Shown one piece after another: positions 1 through 9,582 of a DNA stretch of 31,622 nucleotides. Position numbers and translations under genes: made by a program. Numbering within the stretch: the stretch's first letter is position 1; every line of letters starts with the position of its first letter. The notes below the pieces were generated by a model. The model worked only from the letters and a program-made list of their open reading frames with translations, did not search any database and was not told the origin of the DNA. This DNA is from Escherichia phage 9W, in sequence record OM475431, one strand, 5' to 3'.

Positions 1-320
1 ACCTCAAATTAAGCCATTTAATGATAAATTTAAGTCTGTATTGACGAAACCGTAAGAGGTGCGTTGCGTTGCATTTTTTTGCATCTTCAAGGATTAATTT
101 CTGCATCTTTATTTTGCCAGTACTGATGTGCTTTTAATGGACTCATGCAACTGCATTAAAACCGCCCCATGAAGCGGGCGGGCGAGGCGGGGAAAGCACT
201 GCGCGCTGGCGGTGGTGCTGATTTTATTTTTTCAGCGTCTGAGCGCGTCGTGACGGCGTTTGGATTGTGCGCCGGGGGCGCTGGTGTGTCTGCGGGGTGT
301 TTTGTGCGGTGGTGAGCGTG
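1..320. repeat. Terminal direct repeat, copy 1; identical to 31303-31622 (circular or terminally redundant representation)
   Basis: Direct comparison of the two window ends. The first 55 nt are the 3' end of the CDS that ends at 31357. Confidence 0.95.
181..199. other. cos: cos cohesive-end site (19-mer GGCGAGGCGGGGAAAGCAC) within a GC-rich dyad region
   Basis: Matches the P2 cohesive-end 19-mer as I recall it; lies immediately downstream of the convergent Q gene, as in P2. Second copy at 31483-31501. Confidence 0.6.
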
Positions 321-342
321 TGAGGGCGTGATGACGGGGTGT

Positions 343-364
343 AAAAAAGCCGCCCGCAGGCGGC
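343..364 (-). terminator. Rho-independent terminator after Q (minus-strand reading: GCCGCC-tgcg-GGCGGC followed by TTTTTT)
   Basis: 6-bp GC stem, 4-nt loop, and an A6 run on the plus strand (343-348) that is a U-tract on the minus transcript, just 3' of the Q stop at 370-372. Confidence 0.6.
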
Positions 365-369
365 GATGT

Positions 370-1404
370 TCAGCCGTTGTCAGTGTCCAGTGAGTAGTTT
401 TTAAAGCGGATGACCTCCTGACCGAGCCAGCCGTTTATCTCGCGGATCCTGTCCTGTAACGGGATAAGCTCATTGCGGACAAAGACCTTTGCCACTTTCT
501 CAATATCGCCCAGCGACCCGACGTTCTCCGGCTTGCCGCCCATCAACTGAAAGGGGATGCGGTGCGCGTCCAGCAGGTCAGCGGCGCTGGCTTTTTTGAT
601 ATTAAAAAAATCGTCCTTTGTTGCCACTTCACTGAGCGGGATAATTTTTATTCCATCTGGTTTTCCCTGCGGTGCATAGAGAAACAGGTTTTTAAAGTTG
701 TTGCGGCCTTTCGACTTCACCATGTTTTCGCGAAGCATTTCGATATCGTTGCGATCCTGCACGGCATCGGTGACGTACATGATGTATCCGGCATGTGCGC
801 CGTTTTCGTAATACTTTCGGCGGAACAGCGTGGCCGACTCATTCAGCCAGGCAGAGTTAAGGGCGCTGAGGTATTCCGGCAGGCCGTACAGCTCCTGATT
901 AATATCCGGCTCCAGCAGGTGAAACACGGAGCCGGGCGTGAAGGCTGTCGGCTCGTTGAAGGACGGCACCCACCAGTAAACATCCTCCTCCACGCCACGG
1001 CGGGTATATTTTGCCGGTGAGGTTTCCAGTCTGATGACCTTACCGGTGGTGCTGTAACGCTTTTCCAGAAACGCATTACCGAACACCAGAAAATCCAGCA
1101 CAAAGCGGCTGAAATCCTGCTGGGAAAGCCACGGATGCGGGATAAATGTCGAGGCCAGAATATTGCGTTTGACGTAAATCGGCGAGCTGTGATGCACGGC
1201 AGCACGCAGGCTTTTCGCCAGACCGGTAAAGCTGACCGGCGGCTCATACCATATGCCGTTACTGATGCACTCGACGTAATCCAGAATGTCACGGCGGTCG
1301 AGTACCGGCACCGGTTCGCCAAAGGTGAATGCCTCCATTTTCGGGGCGCTGGCGGTGATTGTTTTTGCCGCAGGTTGCGGTGTTTTCCCTTTTTTCTTGC
1401 TCAT
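370..1404 (-). CDS. Q: Portal protein
   Basis: 344-aa ORF, same length as P2 gpQ, at the P2 Q position next to cos; start ATG overlaps the P stop (ATGA). Confidence 0.9.
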   Translation of the reverse strand: MSKKKGKTPQPAAKTITASAPKMEAFTFGEPVPVLDRRDILDYVECISNGIWYEPPVSFTGLAKSLRAAVHHSSPIYVKRNILASTFIPHPWLSQQDFSRFVLDFLVFGNAFLEKRYSTTGKVIRLETSPAKYTRRGVEEDVYWWVPSFNEPTAFTPGSVFHLLEPDINQELYGLPEYLSALNSAWLNESATLFRRKYYENGAHAGYIMYVTDAVQDRNDIEMLRENMVKSKGRNNFKNLFLYAPQGKPDGIKIIPLSEVATKDDFFNIKKASAADLLDAHRIPFQLMGGKPENVGSLGDIEKVAKVFVRNELIPLQDRIREINGWLGQEVIRFKNYSLDTDNG

Positions 1405-3176
1405 CAGTAAAACTCCAGAATGGTGGATGTCAGCGGGGTGCTGATACCGGCGGTGAGTGGCTCATTTAACAGGGCGTGCATGGTCGCCCAGGCGAGGTCG
1501 GCGTGGCTGGCTTCCTCGCTGCGGCTGGCCTCATAGGTGGCGCTGCGTCCGCTGCTGGTCATGGTCTTGCGGATAGCCATAAACGAGCTGGTGATGTCGG
1601 TGGCGCTGACGTCATATTCCAGACAGCCACGACGGATAACGTCTTTTGCCTTGAGCACCATTGCGGTTTTCATTTCCGGTGTGTAGCGGATATCGCGCGC
1701 GGCGGGATAGAACGAGCGCACGAGCTGGAACACGCCGACACCGAGGCCGGTGGCATCAATACCGATGTATTCGACGTTATATTTTTCGGTGAGTTTTCGG
1801 ATGGATTCAGCCTGGGTGGCAAAGTCCATGCCTTTCCACTGGTGACGCTCAAGTATTCTGAATTTGCCTCCGGCCACCACCGGCGGTGCCAGTACCACGC
1901 ATCCGGCGCTGTCGCCACGGTGTGACGGGTCGTAACCAATCCATACCGGGCGGGAGCCGAACGGATTGGCGGCAAAGGGTGCATAGTCTTCCCATTCTTC
2001 CAGCGTGTCGACCATGCAGCGTTGCAGCTCCTCGAACGGGAACACCGATGCCTTGTCGTCAACAAATTCACACATGAACAGGTTTTTAAAATCGTCGGCG
2101 CTGTTTTCGCGTTTAAGCTGCTCAATGTCGAACAGCGTGCAGCCACCTTTCAGGGCATCCTCAATGGTGACAATCTGCCGCCACTGGCCGTCCGCACAGA
2201 GAAGACCTCCGGCAAGGGCGTTATGACTGACGTCGATTTCCACGCGTTCGGCGGCGCTGGCGCGTCCCCGGTTGAACAGTTCACCCGACCAGAACGGGTA
2301 GGCGTCGTGCGCCAGCGTGGACGGGGTGGAGAAATAGGTCGAGCGCAGGTGACTCTGTGAGGCCATACCTGATGCCACCTTACGCAGTACCTGAAAATTC
2401 GGGATCCAGAAAATCTCGTCGACGTACAGGTCGCCGTTATGGCTCTGCGCGGTGTTGGAGTTGGTGCCGAGAAAAATCAGTTTTGCGCCGTTATTGCCCA
2501 GGACAATCGGGTCACCGGTCAGGTCAACGTCAACCAGACGGGCAAAGGCGATGATGTATTCGCGGAACACATACGCCTGCGTTTTACTGGCCGACAGAAA
2601 AATCTGGTTATGACCTGTTTTCAGGGCGCGCAGCAGCGCCTCGCGGGAAAAATAAAACGTCGCGCCAATCTGGCGGGATTTCAGGATATCGCGGATGCGG
2701 TGCTCAAGCCCGGCGCGATACCAGTGCAACTGATATTCGAAAGACTGCTCAAAGAAAATCTGCTCCAGCTTTTCGATAGCCTCGTCGCTGAAAAAATTCT
2801 TTTTCGGTTTGCGACGCCCGCCTTTGTTGCGGTTAGCGACGTTCGGATTAAGGTCTGCCTCGTTGCCGGTCTGGCTGTAGCGGTTTACCCGTGCCAGTCG
2901 TTCAATCTGGCGTCCGAGCAGGTCAATTTCCTTGAAGTCACCGCCGGTTTTCTGCGGTTTGATAATGAGCTGGGTCAGCCGCGCTTCCAGACTCATTTCG
3001 ACACGGCTGATGGGGGCAACGCTGTCCCAGCCGTCGCGCTGTTTCCAGCTCTGCACCGTCGGGCGTTTCATCTGCAACATGGCGGCAATCTGCGGCACGG
3101 AAAACCCCTGCCAGTACAGCAGCGCCGCCTGATGACGCGGGTCGTGCAAAAGAGTGGTGTCTGTGGTGATGGTCAT
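1404..3176 (-). CDS. P: Terminase large (ATPase) subunit
   Basis: Start placed at the internal Met (MTITTDTTLL...) with a GAGG Shine-Dalgarno 7 nt upstream, giving 590 aa as in P2 gpP; the track ORF 1404..3206 extends further upstream. Confidence 0.88.
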   Translation of the reverse strand: MTITTDTTLLHDPRHQAALLYWQGFSVPQIAAMLQMKRPTVQSWKQRDGWDSVAPISRVEMSLEARLTQLIIKPQKTGGDFKEIDLLGRQIERLARVNRYSQTGNEADLNPNVANRNKGGRRKPKKNFFSDEAIEKLEQIFFEQSFEYQLHWYRAGLEHRIRDILKSRQIGATFYFSREALLRALKTGHNQIFLSASKTQAYVFREYIIAFARLVDVDLTGDPIVLGNNGAKLIFLGTNSNTAQSHNGDLYVDEIFWIPNFQVLRKVASGMASQSHLRSTYFSTPSTLAHDAYPFWSGELFNRGRASAAERVEIDVSHNALAGGLLCADGQWRQIVTIEDALKGGCTLFDIEQLKRENSADDFKNLFMCEFVDDKASVFPFEELQRCMVDTLEEWEDYAPFAANPFGSRPVWIGYDPSHRGDSAGCVVLAPPVVAGGKFRILERHQWKGMDFATQAESIRKLTEKYNVEYIGIDATGLGVGVFQLVRSFYPAARDIRYTPEMKTAMVLKAKDVIRRGCLEYDVSATDITSSFMAIRKTMTSSGRSATYEASRSEEASHADLAWATMHALLNEPLTAGISTPLTSTILEFY

Positions 3177-3349
3177 GAATACCTCGCCGTGATGAATACA
3201 CGGCAAGGCTACTGAGTCGCGCCCCGCGATTCGCTAAGGTGCTGTTGTGTCAGTGATAAGCCATCCGGGACTGATGGCGGAAGATGCGCATCGTCGGGAA
3301 ACTGATGCCGACATGTGACTCCTCTAATCACTATTCAGGACTCCTGACA
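3177..3349. promoter_or_regulatory. Divergent late-promoter region between P (leftward) and O (rightward)
   Basis: Positional inference from P2 organisation (Ogr-dependent late promoters). I could not find a clean TGT-N12-ACA element by eye. Confidence 0.3.
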
Positions 3350-4204
3350 ATGGCAAAAAAAGTCTCAAAATTCTTTCGTATCGGCGTTGAGGGTGACACC
3401 TGTGACGGGCGTGTCATCAGTGCGCAGGATATTCAGGAAATGGCCGAAACCTTTGACCCGCGAGTCTATGGTTGCCGCATTAACCTGGAACATCTGCGCG
3501 GCATCCTGCCTGACGGTATTTTTAAGCGTTATGGCGATGTGGTCGAACTGAAGGCCGAAAAGATTGACGATGATTCGGCGCTGAAAGGCAAATGGGCGCT
3601 GTTTGCGAAAATCACCCCGACCGATGACCTTATCGCGATGAACAAGGCCGCGCAGAAGGTCTATACCTCAATGGAAATTCAGCCGAACTTTGCCAATACC
3701 GGCAAATGTTATCTGGTGGGTCTGGCCGTCACCGATGACCCGGCAAGCCTCGGCACGGAATACCTGGAATTCTGCCGCACGGCAAAACACAACCCTCTGA
3801 ACCGCTTCAAATTAAGCCCTGAAAACCTGATTTCAGTGGCAACGCCTGTTGAGCTGGAATTTGAAGACCTGCCTGAAACCGTGTTCACAGCCCTGACCGA
3901 AAAGGTGAAATCCATTTTTGGCCGCAAACAGGCCAGCGATGACGCCCGTCTGAATGACGTGCATGAAGCGGTGACCGCTGTCGCTGAGCATGTGCAGGAA
4001 AAACTGAGCGCCACTGAGCAGCGCCTTGCTGAGATGGAAACCGCCTTTTCCGCACTTAAGCAGGATGTGACTGACAGGGCGGATGAAACCAGTCAGGCAT
4101 TCACCCGCCTGAAAAACAGTCTCGACCACACCGAAAGTCTGACCCAGCAGCGCCGCAGCAAGGCCACCGGCGGTGGCGGTGACGCCCTGATGACGAACTG
4201 CTGA
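3350..4204 (+). CDS. O: Capsid scaffolding protein
   Basis: Start at ATG 3350 (MAKKVSKFFRIGVEGD...) gives 284 aa as in P2 gpO; the track ORF starts 66 nt upstream. Confidence 0.88.
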   Translation: MAKKVSKFFRIGVEGDTCDGRVISAQDIQEMAETFDPRVYGCRINLEHLRGILPDGIFKRYGDVVELKAEKIDDDSALKGKWALFAKITPTDDLIAMNKAAQKVYTSMEIQPNFANTGKCYLVGLAVTDDPASLGTEYLEFCRTAKHNPLNRFKLSPENLISVATPVELEFEDLPETVFTALTEKVKSIFGRKQASDDARLNDVHEAVTAVAEHVQEKLSATEQRLAEMETAFSALKQDVTDRADETSQAFTRLKNSLDHTESLTQQRRSKATGGGGDALMTNC

Positions 4205-4262
4205 CCGGCGTCAGTCAGTCCGGGAAAACCTTCACGATTAACCCTTAATTTCAGGAAAAACT

Positions 4263-5336
4263 ATGCGCCAGGAAACCCGCTTTAAATTTAATGCCTACCT
4301 GTCCCGTGTTGCCGAGCTGAACGGCATCGACGCCGGTGATGTGTCGAAAAAATTCACCGTTGAACCGTCGGTCACCCAGACCCTGATGAACACCATGCAG
4401 GAGTCCTCTGACTTTCTGACCCGCATCAATATTGTGCCGGTCAGCGAAATGAAAGGGGAAAAAATTGGCATCGGTGTCACCGGCTCCATCGCCAGCACCA
4501 CCGACACCGCCGGTGGCACCGAGCGTCAGCCGAAGGACTTCTCGAAGCTGGCGTCAAACAAGTACGAATGCGACCAGATTAACTTCGATTTTTATATCCG
4601 CTACAAAACGCTTGACCTGTGGGCGCGTTATCAGGATTTCCAGCTCCGTATCCGTAACGCCATTATCAAACGCCAGTCCCTTGATTTCATCATGGCCGGT
4701 TTTAACGGCGTGAAGCGTGCCGAAACCTCTGACCGCAACAGCAATCCGATGCTGCAGGATGTGGCGGTCGGCTGGCTGCAGAAATACCGCAATGAAGCCC
4801 CGGCGCGCGTGATGAGCAAGGTCACTGACGAGGAAGGGCACACCACCTCTGAGGTCATCCGCGTGGGTAAGGGCGGTGATTATGCCAGCCTCGATGCACT
4901 GGTGATGGATGCGACCAACAACCTGATTGAACCGTGGTATCAGGAAGACCCTGACCTTGTGGTGATTGTGGGACGTCAGCTACTGGCGGACAAGTATTTC
5001 CCCATCGTTAACAAGGAACAGGACAACAGCGAAATGCTGGCCGCTGACGTCATCATCAGCCAGAAACGCATCGGTAACCTGCCGGCAGTGCGCGTCCCGT
5101 ACTTCCCGGCAGATGCGATGCTCATCACGAAGCTGGAAAACCTGTCCATCTACTACATGGATGACAGCCATCGCCGCGTGATTGAGGAAAATCCGAAACT
5201 CGACCGCGTGGAGAACTACGAGTCAATGAATATTGATTACGTGGTGGAAGACTACGCCGCCGGTTGCCTGGTGGAAAAAATTAAGGTCGGTGATTTCTCC
5301 ACACCGGCCAGGGCGACCGCAGAGCCGGGAGCGTAA
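4263..5336 (+). CDS. N: Major capsid protein
   Basis: 357-aa ORF, same length and position as P2 gpN. Confidence 0.9.
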   Translation: MRQETRFKFNAYLSRVAELNGIDAGDVSKKFTVEPSVTQTLMNTMQESSDFLTRINIVPVSEMKGEKIGIGVTGSIASTTDTAGGTERQPKDFSKLASNKYECDQINFDFYIRYKTLDLWARYQDFQLRIRNAIIKRQSLDFIMAGFNGVKRAETSDRNSNPMLQDVAVGWLQKYRNEAPARVMSKVTDEEGHTTSEVIRVGKGGDYASLDALVMDATNNLIEPWYQEDPDLVVIVGRQLLADKYFPIVNKEQDNSEMLAADVIISQKRIGNLPAVRVPYFPADAMLITKLENLSIYYMDDSHRRVIEENPKLDRVENYESMNIDYVVEDYAAGCLVEKIKVGDFSTPARATAEPGA

Positions 5337-5339
5337 CCG

Positions 5340-6083
5340 ATGACGAGTCCCGCACAGCGCCACATGATGCGGGTCTCGGCAGCGATGACCGCGCAGCGGG
5401 AAGCCGCCCCGCTGCGACATGCAACTGTCTATGAGCAGATGCTGGTTAAGCTCGCCGCAGACCAGCGCACACTGAAAGCGATTTATTCAAAAGAGCTTAA
5501 GGCCGCGAAAAAGCGCGAACTGCTGCCGTTCTGGTTGCCGTGGGTGAACGGTGTGCTGGAGCAGGGCAAAGGTGCACAGGATGACATTCTGATGACGGTC
5601 ATGCTGTGGCGTCTGGATACCGGCGATATTGCCGGTGCGCTGGAGATTGCCCGTTATGCCCTGAAATACGGTCTGACCATGCCGGGTAAACACCGCCGTA
5701 CCCCGCCGTACATGTTCACCGAGGAGGTGGCGCTCGCGGCCATGCGCGCTCACGCTGCCGGTGAGTCTGTGGATACCCGCCTGCTGACGGACACCCTCGA
5801 ACTGACCGCCACGGCTGACATGCCTGATGAAGTGCGCGCAAAGCTGCACAAAATCACCGGTCTGTTTCTGCGTGACGCTGGTGATGCCGCCGGTGCGCTG
5901 GCTCACCTGCAACGTGCGACACAGCTCGACTGTCAGGCAGGCGTCAAAAAAGAGATTGAACGACTGGAGCGGGAGCTGAAACCGAAGCCGGAGCCGCAGC
6001 CCAAAGCGGCCACCCGTGCCACGCGTAAGACCCGGAGCGTGACACCGGCAAAACGTGGACGCCCGAAAAAGAAAGCCAGTTAA
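5340..6083 (+). CDS. M: Terminase small (endonuclease) subunit
   Basis: 247 aa, P2 gpM length and position; basic Lys/Arg-rich C-terminus. Confidence 0.85.
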   Translation: MTSPAQRHMMRVSAAMTAQREAAPLRHATVYEQMLVKLAADQRTLKAIYSKELKAAKKRELLPFWLPWVNGVLEQGKGAQDDILMTVMLWRLDTGDIAGALEIARYALKYGLTMPGKHRRTPPYMFTEEVALAAMRAHAAGESVDTRLLTDTLELTATADMPDEVRAKLHKITGLFLRDAGDAAGALAHLQRATQLDCQAGVKKEIERLERELKPKPEPQPKAATRATRKTRSVTPAKRGRPKKKAS

Positions 6084-6182
6084 CAACCGAATGCGCCCCG
6101 CGCCAGGGCGGCACGCCGGTCAGTGAGGGTGAATCACCTGACACTGCACCGGCGTCCACCGCCCGACTTTTCAGAGGTAGTC

Positions 6183-6692
6183 ATGATGACGCTGATTATT
6201 CCGCGAAAGGAGGCTCCCGTGTCCGGTGAGGGTACGGTGGTCATCCCGCAACCGGCAGGCGACGAGCCGGTGATTAAAAACACGTTCTTTTTTCCCGATA
6301 TCGACCCGAAGCGCGTCCGGGAACGTATGCGCCTTGAGCAGACCGTCGCCCCCGCCCGTCTGCGTGAGGCCATCAAGTCAGGCATGGCGGAGACGAATGC
6401 GGAGCTGTACGAGTACCGCGAACAGAAAATTGCCGCCGGTTTTACGCGTCTGGCGGACGTTCCGGCGGACGACATCGACGGTGAAAGCATCAAAGTTTTT
6501 TACTACGAGCGCGCCGTGTGTGCGATGGCGACCGCGTCGCTTTATGAGCGTTACCGCGGCGTGGATGCCAGTGCCAAGGGCGACAAGAAGGCCGACAGCA
6601 TTGACAGCACCATTGATGAGCTGTGGCGGGATATGCGCTGGGCGGTGGCGCGTATCCAGGACAAGCCGCGCTGCATCGTGAGTCAAATCTGA
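6183..6692 (+). CDS. L: Head completion protein
   Basis: Start at ATG 6183 with an upstream GAGG gives 169 aa as in P2 gpL; the track ORF begins at GTG 6123. Confidence 0.8.
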   Translation: MMTLIIPRKEAPVSGEGTVVIPQPAGDEPVIKNTFFFPDIDPKRVRERMRLEQTVAPARLREAIKSGMAETNAELYEYREQKIAAGFTRLADVPADDIDGESIKVFYYERAVCAMATASLYERYRGVDASAKGDKKADSIDSTIDELWRDMRWAVARIQDKPRCIVSQI

Positions 6693-6895
6693 TGAAGACC
6701 TTTGCGCTACAGGGCGACACGCTCGACGCCATTTGTGTCCGGTATTACGGGCGCACTGAGGGCGTGGTTGAGACCGTGCTCGCCGCAAATCCGGGACTGG
6801 CTGAACTGGGCGCGGTGCTGCCGCACGGCACCGCCGTCGAACTGCCCGACGTTCAGACCGCGCCCGTGGCTGAAACTGTCAATCTGTGGGAGTAA
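6692..6895 (+). CDS. X: Tail protein X (LysM-like)
   Basis: 67 aa (MKTFALQGDTLDAICVRYYG...); start overlaps the L stop (ATGA); P2 gpX position. Confidence 0.85.
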   Translation: MKTFALQGDTLDAICVRYYGRTEGVVETVLAANPGLAELGAVLPHGTAVELPDVQTAPVAETVNLWE

Positions 6896-6898
6896 CGC

Positions 6899-7180
6899 AT
6901 GACAGCAGAAGAAAAAAGCGTCCTGTCGCTTTTCATGATTGGGGTGCTGATTGTTGTCGGTAAGGTGCTTGCCGGTGGTGAACCCATCACCCCGCGTCTG
7001 TTTATCGGGCGCATGTTGCTCGGTGGTTTTGTCTCGATGGTTGCCGGTGTTGTTCTGGTGCAGTTTCCTGACCTGTCACTGCCTGCGGTGTGCGGTATCG
7101 GCTCCATGCTGGGTATCGCCGGTTATCAGGTGATTGAGATTGCCATTCAGCGCCGCTTTAAGGGCAGGGGGAAACCGTAA
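6899..7180 (+). CDS. Y: Holin
   Basis: 93 aa with hydrophobic transmembrane segments and a charged C-terminus; P2 gpY length and position. Confidence 0.85.
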   Translation: MTAEEKSVLSLFMIGVLIVVGKVLAGGEPITPRLFIGRMLLGGFVSMVAGVVLVQFPDLSLPAVCGIGSMLGIAGYQVIEIAIQRRFKGRGKP

Positions 7181-7677
7181 TGCCGGTTATTAACACGCAT
7201 CAGAATATCGCCGCCTTTCTCGACATGCTGGCCGTGTCCGAAGGGACGGCAAACCATCCGCTGACGAAAAACCGGGGCTATGACGTGATAGTCACCGGAC
7301 TGGACGGGAAGCCGGAAATTTTCACCGACTACAGTGACCACCCGTTCGCACATGGCCGACCGGCGAAGGTGTTTAACCGTCGCGGTGAAAAATCCACGGC
7401 CTCCGGTCGCTATCAGCAGCTTTACCTGTTCTGGCCGCATTACCGCAAACAGCTTGCCCTGCCGGATTTCAGTCCGTTGTCACAGGACAGACTTGCCATT
7501 CAGTTGATCCGCGAACGCGGTGCGCTGGATGACATCCGGGCGGGACGCATTGAGCGCGCCATTTCACGCTGTCGCAATATCTGGGCGTCCCTGCCGGGTG
7601 CCGGTTACGGTCAGCGTGAGCATTCACTGGAAAAACTGGTCACCGTCTGGCGTACCGCTGGCGGCGTACCGGCTTAA
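7180..7677 (+). CDS. K: Endolysin (lysozyme)
   Basis: 165 aa, P2 gpK length; follows the holin. Confidence 0.88.
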   Translation: MPVINTHQNIAAFLDMLAVSEGTANHPLTKNRGYDVIVTGLDGKPEIFTDYSDHPFAHGRPAKVFNRRGEKSTASGRYQQLYLFWPHYRKQLALPDFSPLSQDRLAIQLIRERGALDDIRAGRIERAISRCRNIWASLPGAGYGQREHSLEKLVTVWRTAGGVPA

Positions 7678-7691
7678 ACGGAGTAAACACC

Positions 7692-8117
7692 ATGAAGAAA
7701 TTATCCCTTTCACTGATGCTGAACGTGTCGCTGGCGCTGATGCTGGCACTGTCCCTGATTTACCCGCAGAGCGTGGCCGTCAGTTTTGTCGCCACCTGGG
7801 CGATTCTGGCGACGGTTATCTGTGTGGTTGCCGGTGGTGTCGGCGTGTATGCCACTGAGTATGTGCTGGAACGCTACGGGCGGGAGCTGCCGCCGGAATC
7901 GCTGGCCGTGAAGATTGTCACGTCGCTGTTTTTGCAGCCGGTGCGGTGGCGCAGACGGGCGGCGGCTCTGGTGGTGATGGTGGCGACGTTTATCGCGCTG
8001 GTCGCTGCCGGGTGGATTTTTACCGCGCTGATTTATCTTGTGGCGTCGGTGTTCTTCCGGCTGATACGTAAAGCCTGCCGTCAGCGTTTTGAGGGGCGGG
8101 AACCATGTCAAAGCTGA
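7692..8117 (+). CDS. lysA: Lysis regulatory membrane protein LysA
   Basis: 141 aa, strongly hydrophobic multi-transmembrane protein at the P2 lysA position. Confidence 0.8.
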   Translation: MKKLSLSLMLNVSLALMLALSLIYPQSVAVSFVATWAILATVICVVAGGVGVYATEYVLERYGRELPPESLAVKIVTSLFLQPVRWRRRAAALVVMVATFIALVAAGWIFTALIYLVASVFFRLIRKACRQRFEGREPCQS

Positions 8118-8548
8118 TGATTGTGCTGGTCGTGTTGTTATCGCTGGCGGTGGCGGGGCTGTTTCTGGCGAAGCATGAAAACGCCAGCCTGCGCGCCTCG
8201 CTGGACAGGGCGAACAACGTCGCCAGTGAACAGCAGACGACCATCACCATGCTGAAAAACCAGCTTCATGTTGCCCTTACCAGGGCAGACAAAAACGAGC
8301 TGGCGCAGGTGGCACTGCGTCAGGAGCTGGAGAACGCCGCGAAACGTGAAGCACAGCGCGAGAAAACCATCACGAGGTTACTGAATGAAAACGAAGATTT
8401 TCGCCGCTGGTACGGCGCTGACCTGCCTGATGCTGTGCGCCGGTTGCACCAGCGCCCCGCCTGCACCGATGCCAGTGATTGTCCACAACGCCTGCCCGAA
8501 AGTGAGTCTTTGCCCGATGCCGGGCAGCGACCCGCAGACGAACGGTGA
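8105..8548 (+). CDS. lysB: Rz-like inner-membrane spanin LysB
   Basis: N-terminal transmembrane helix followed by a coiled-coil-like region; P2 lysB position. The exact start is uncertain (147 aa here versus 141 aa in P2). Confidence 0.8.
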   Translation: MSKLMIVLVVLLSLAVAGLFLAKHENASLRASLDRANNVASEQQTTITMLKNQLHVALTRADKNELAQVALRQELENAAKREAQREKTITRLLNENEDFRRWYGADLPDAVRRLHQRPACTDASDCPQRLPESESLPDAGQRPADER

Positions 8549-8675
8549 TTTAAGTGCCGATATCCGGCAGCTTGAGAACGCGCTGGCGCGCTGTGCCAGC
8601 CAGGTAAAAATGATTAAACACTGTCAGGACGAAAACGATGCTCAAACCCGACAGCCTGCGCAGGGCGCTGACTGA
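8385..8675 (+). CDS. lysC: Rz1-like outer-membrane lipoprotein spanin LysC
   Basis: 96 aa in the +1 frame, overlapping the 3' end of lysB; signal peptide with a lipobox-like LCAGC; proline-rich. Confidence 0.8.
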   Translation: MKTKIFAAGTALTCLMLCAGCTSAPPAPMPVIVHNACPKVSLCPMPGSDPQTNGDLSADIRQLENALARCASQVKMIKHCQDENDAQTRQPAQGAD

Positions 8676-9105
8676 TGCCGTCACGGTGCTGAAAACTAAC
8701 CCCGATATGCTGCGGATATTCGTGGATAACGGGAGTATTGCCTCCACACTGGCGACGTCGCTGTCATTCGAAAAGCGTTACACGCTCAATGTCATTGTGA
8801 CCGACTTTACCGGTGATTTTGACCTGCTCATCGTGCCGGTGCTGGCGTGGCTGCGGGAAAATCAGCCCGACATCATGACCACCGACGCAGGCCAGAAAAA
8901 GGGCTTCACGTTTTATGCAGACATCAACAATGACAGCAGCTTTGATATCAGTATCAGCCTGATGCTGACCGAGCGCACGCTGGTCAGTGAGGTTGACGGT
9001 GCGCTGCATGTGAAGAATATCCCGGAACCCACGCCGCCGGAGCCGGTCACCCGCCCGATGGAGCTTTATATCAATGGCGAACTGGTGAGCAAGTGGGATG
9101 AATGA
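8638..9105 (+). CDS. R: Tail completion protein R
   Basis: 155 aa, P2 gpR length and position. Confidence 0.85.
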   Translation: MLKPDSLRRALTDAVTVLKTNPDMLRIFVDNGSIASTLATSLSFEKRYTLNVIVTDFTGDFDLLIVPVLAWLRENQPDIMTTDAGQKKGFTFYADINNDSSFDISISLMLTERTLVSEVDGALHVKNIPEPTPPEPVTRPMELYINGELVSKWDE

Positions 9106-9550
9106 GTTTAAGCGTTTTGAAGACCGGCTGACCGGACTGGTTGAATCGCTGTCACCGTCAGGGCGTCGGCGACTGAGCGCCGAACTGGCAAAACGTCTGC
9201 GGCAGAGTCAGCAGCGTCGGGTGATGGCACAGAAAGCCCCGGACGGCACACCCTACGCGCCACGCCAGCAGCAGAGCGCCAGAAAAAAGACCGGTCGCGT
9301 TAAGCGAAAAATGTTTGCGAAACTTATCACCAGTCGTTTTTTGCATATCCGCGCCAGCCCGGAACAGGCATCAATGGAATTTTACGGCGGGAAGTCACCG
9401 AAAATCGCCAGCGTGCATCAGTTTGGTCTGTCGGAAGAAACCCGGAAAGACGGTAAGAAAATTGATTATCCGGCGCGTCCTTTGCTCGGCTTTACCGGTA
9501 AGGATGTGCAGATGATTGAAGAGATTATCCTGTCTCACCTCGACCGTTAG
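9098..9550 (+). CDS. S: Tail completion protein S
   Basis: 150 aa, P2 gpS length and position. Confidence 0.85.
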   Translation: MNEFKRFEDRLTGLVESLSPSGRRRLSAELAKRLRQSQQRRVMAQKAPDGTPYAPRQQQSARKKTGRVKRKMFAKLITSRFLHIRASPEQASMEFYGGKSPKIASVHQFGLSEETRKDGKKIDYPARPLLGFTGKDVQMIEEIILSHLDR

Positions 9551-9582
9551 TTGTGCCATTCCCGACACCTCATCGTCACATT

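Noticed and set aside
2439-3215. 258-aa plus-strand ORF inside the P coding region (other long antisense or off-frame ORFs of the same kind: 562-1020, 9395-9919, 11535-12245, 16507-16953, 19490-19924, 19958-20647, 21465-22034)
   Set aside because: They lie antisense or out of frame within conserved GC-rich structural genes that have clear starts and Shine-Dalgarno sites on the other strand; they lack ribosome-binding sites and are typical shadow ORFs of high-GC coding DNA.
3177-3349. Ogr-type late promoter element (TGT-N12-ACA) in the P-O and S-V intergenic regions
   Set aside because: I could not find a perfect match by eye (closest is TGT-N12-CAC at 3314-3331), so no specific late-promoter coordinates are claimed; only the positional inference is reported.
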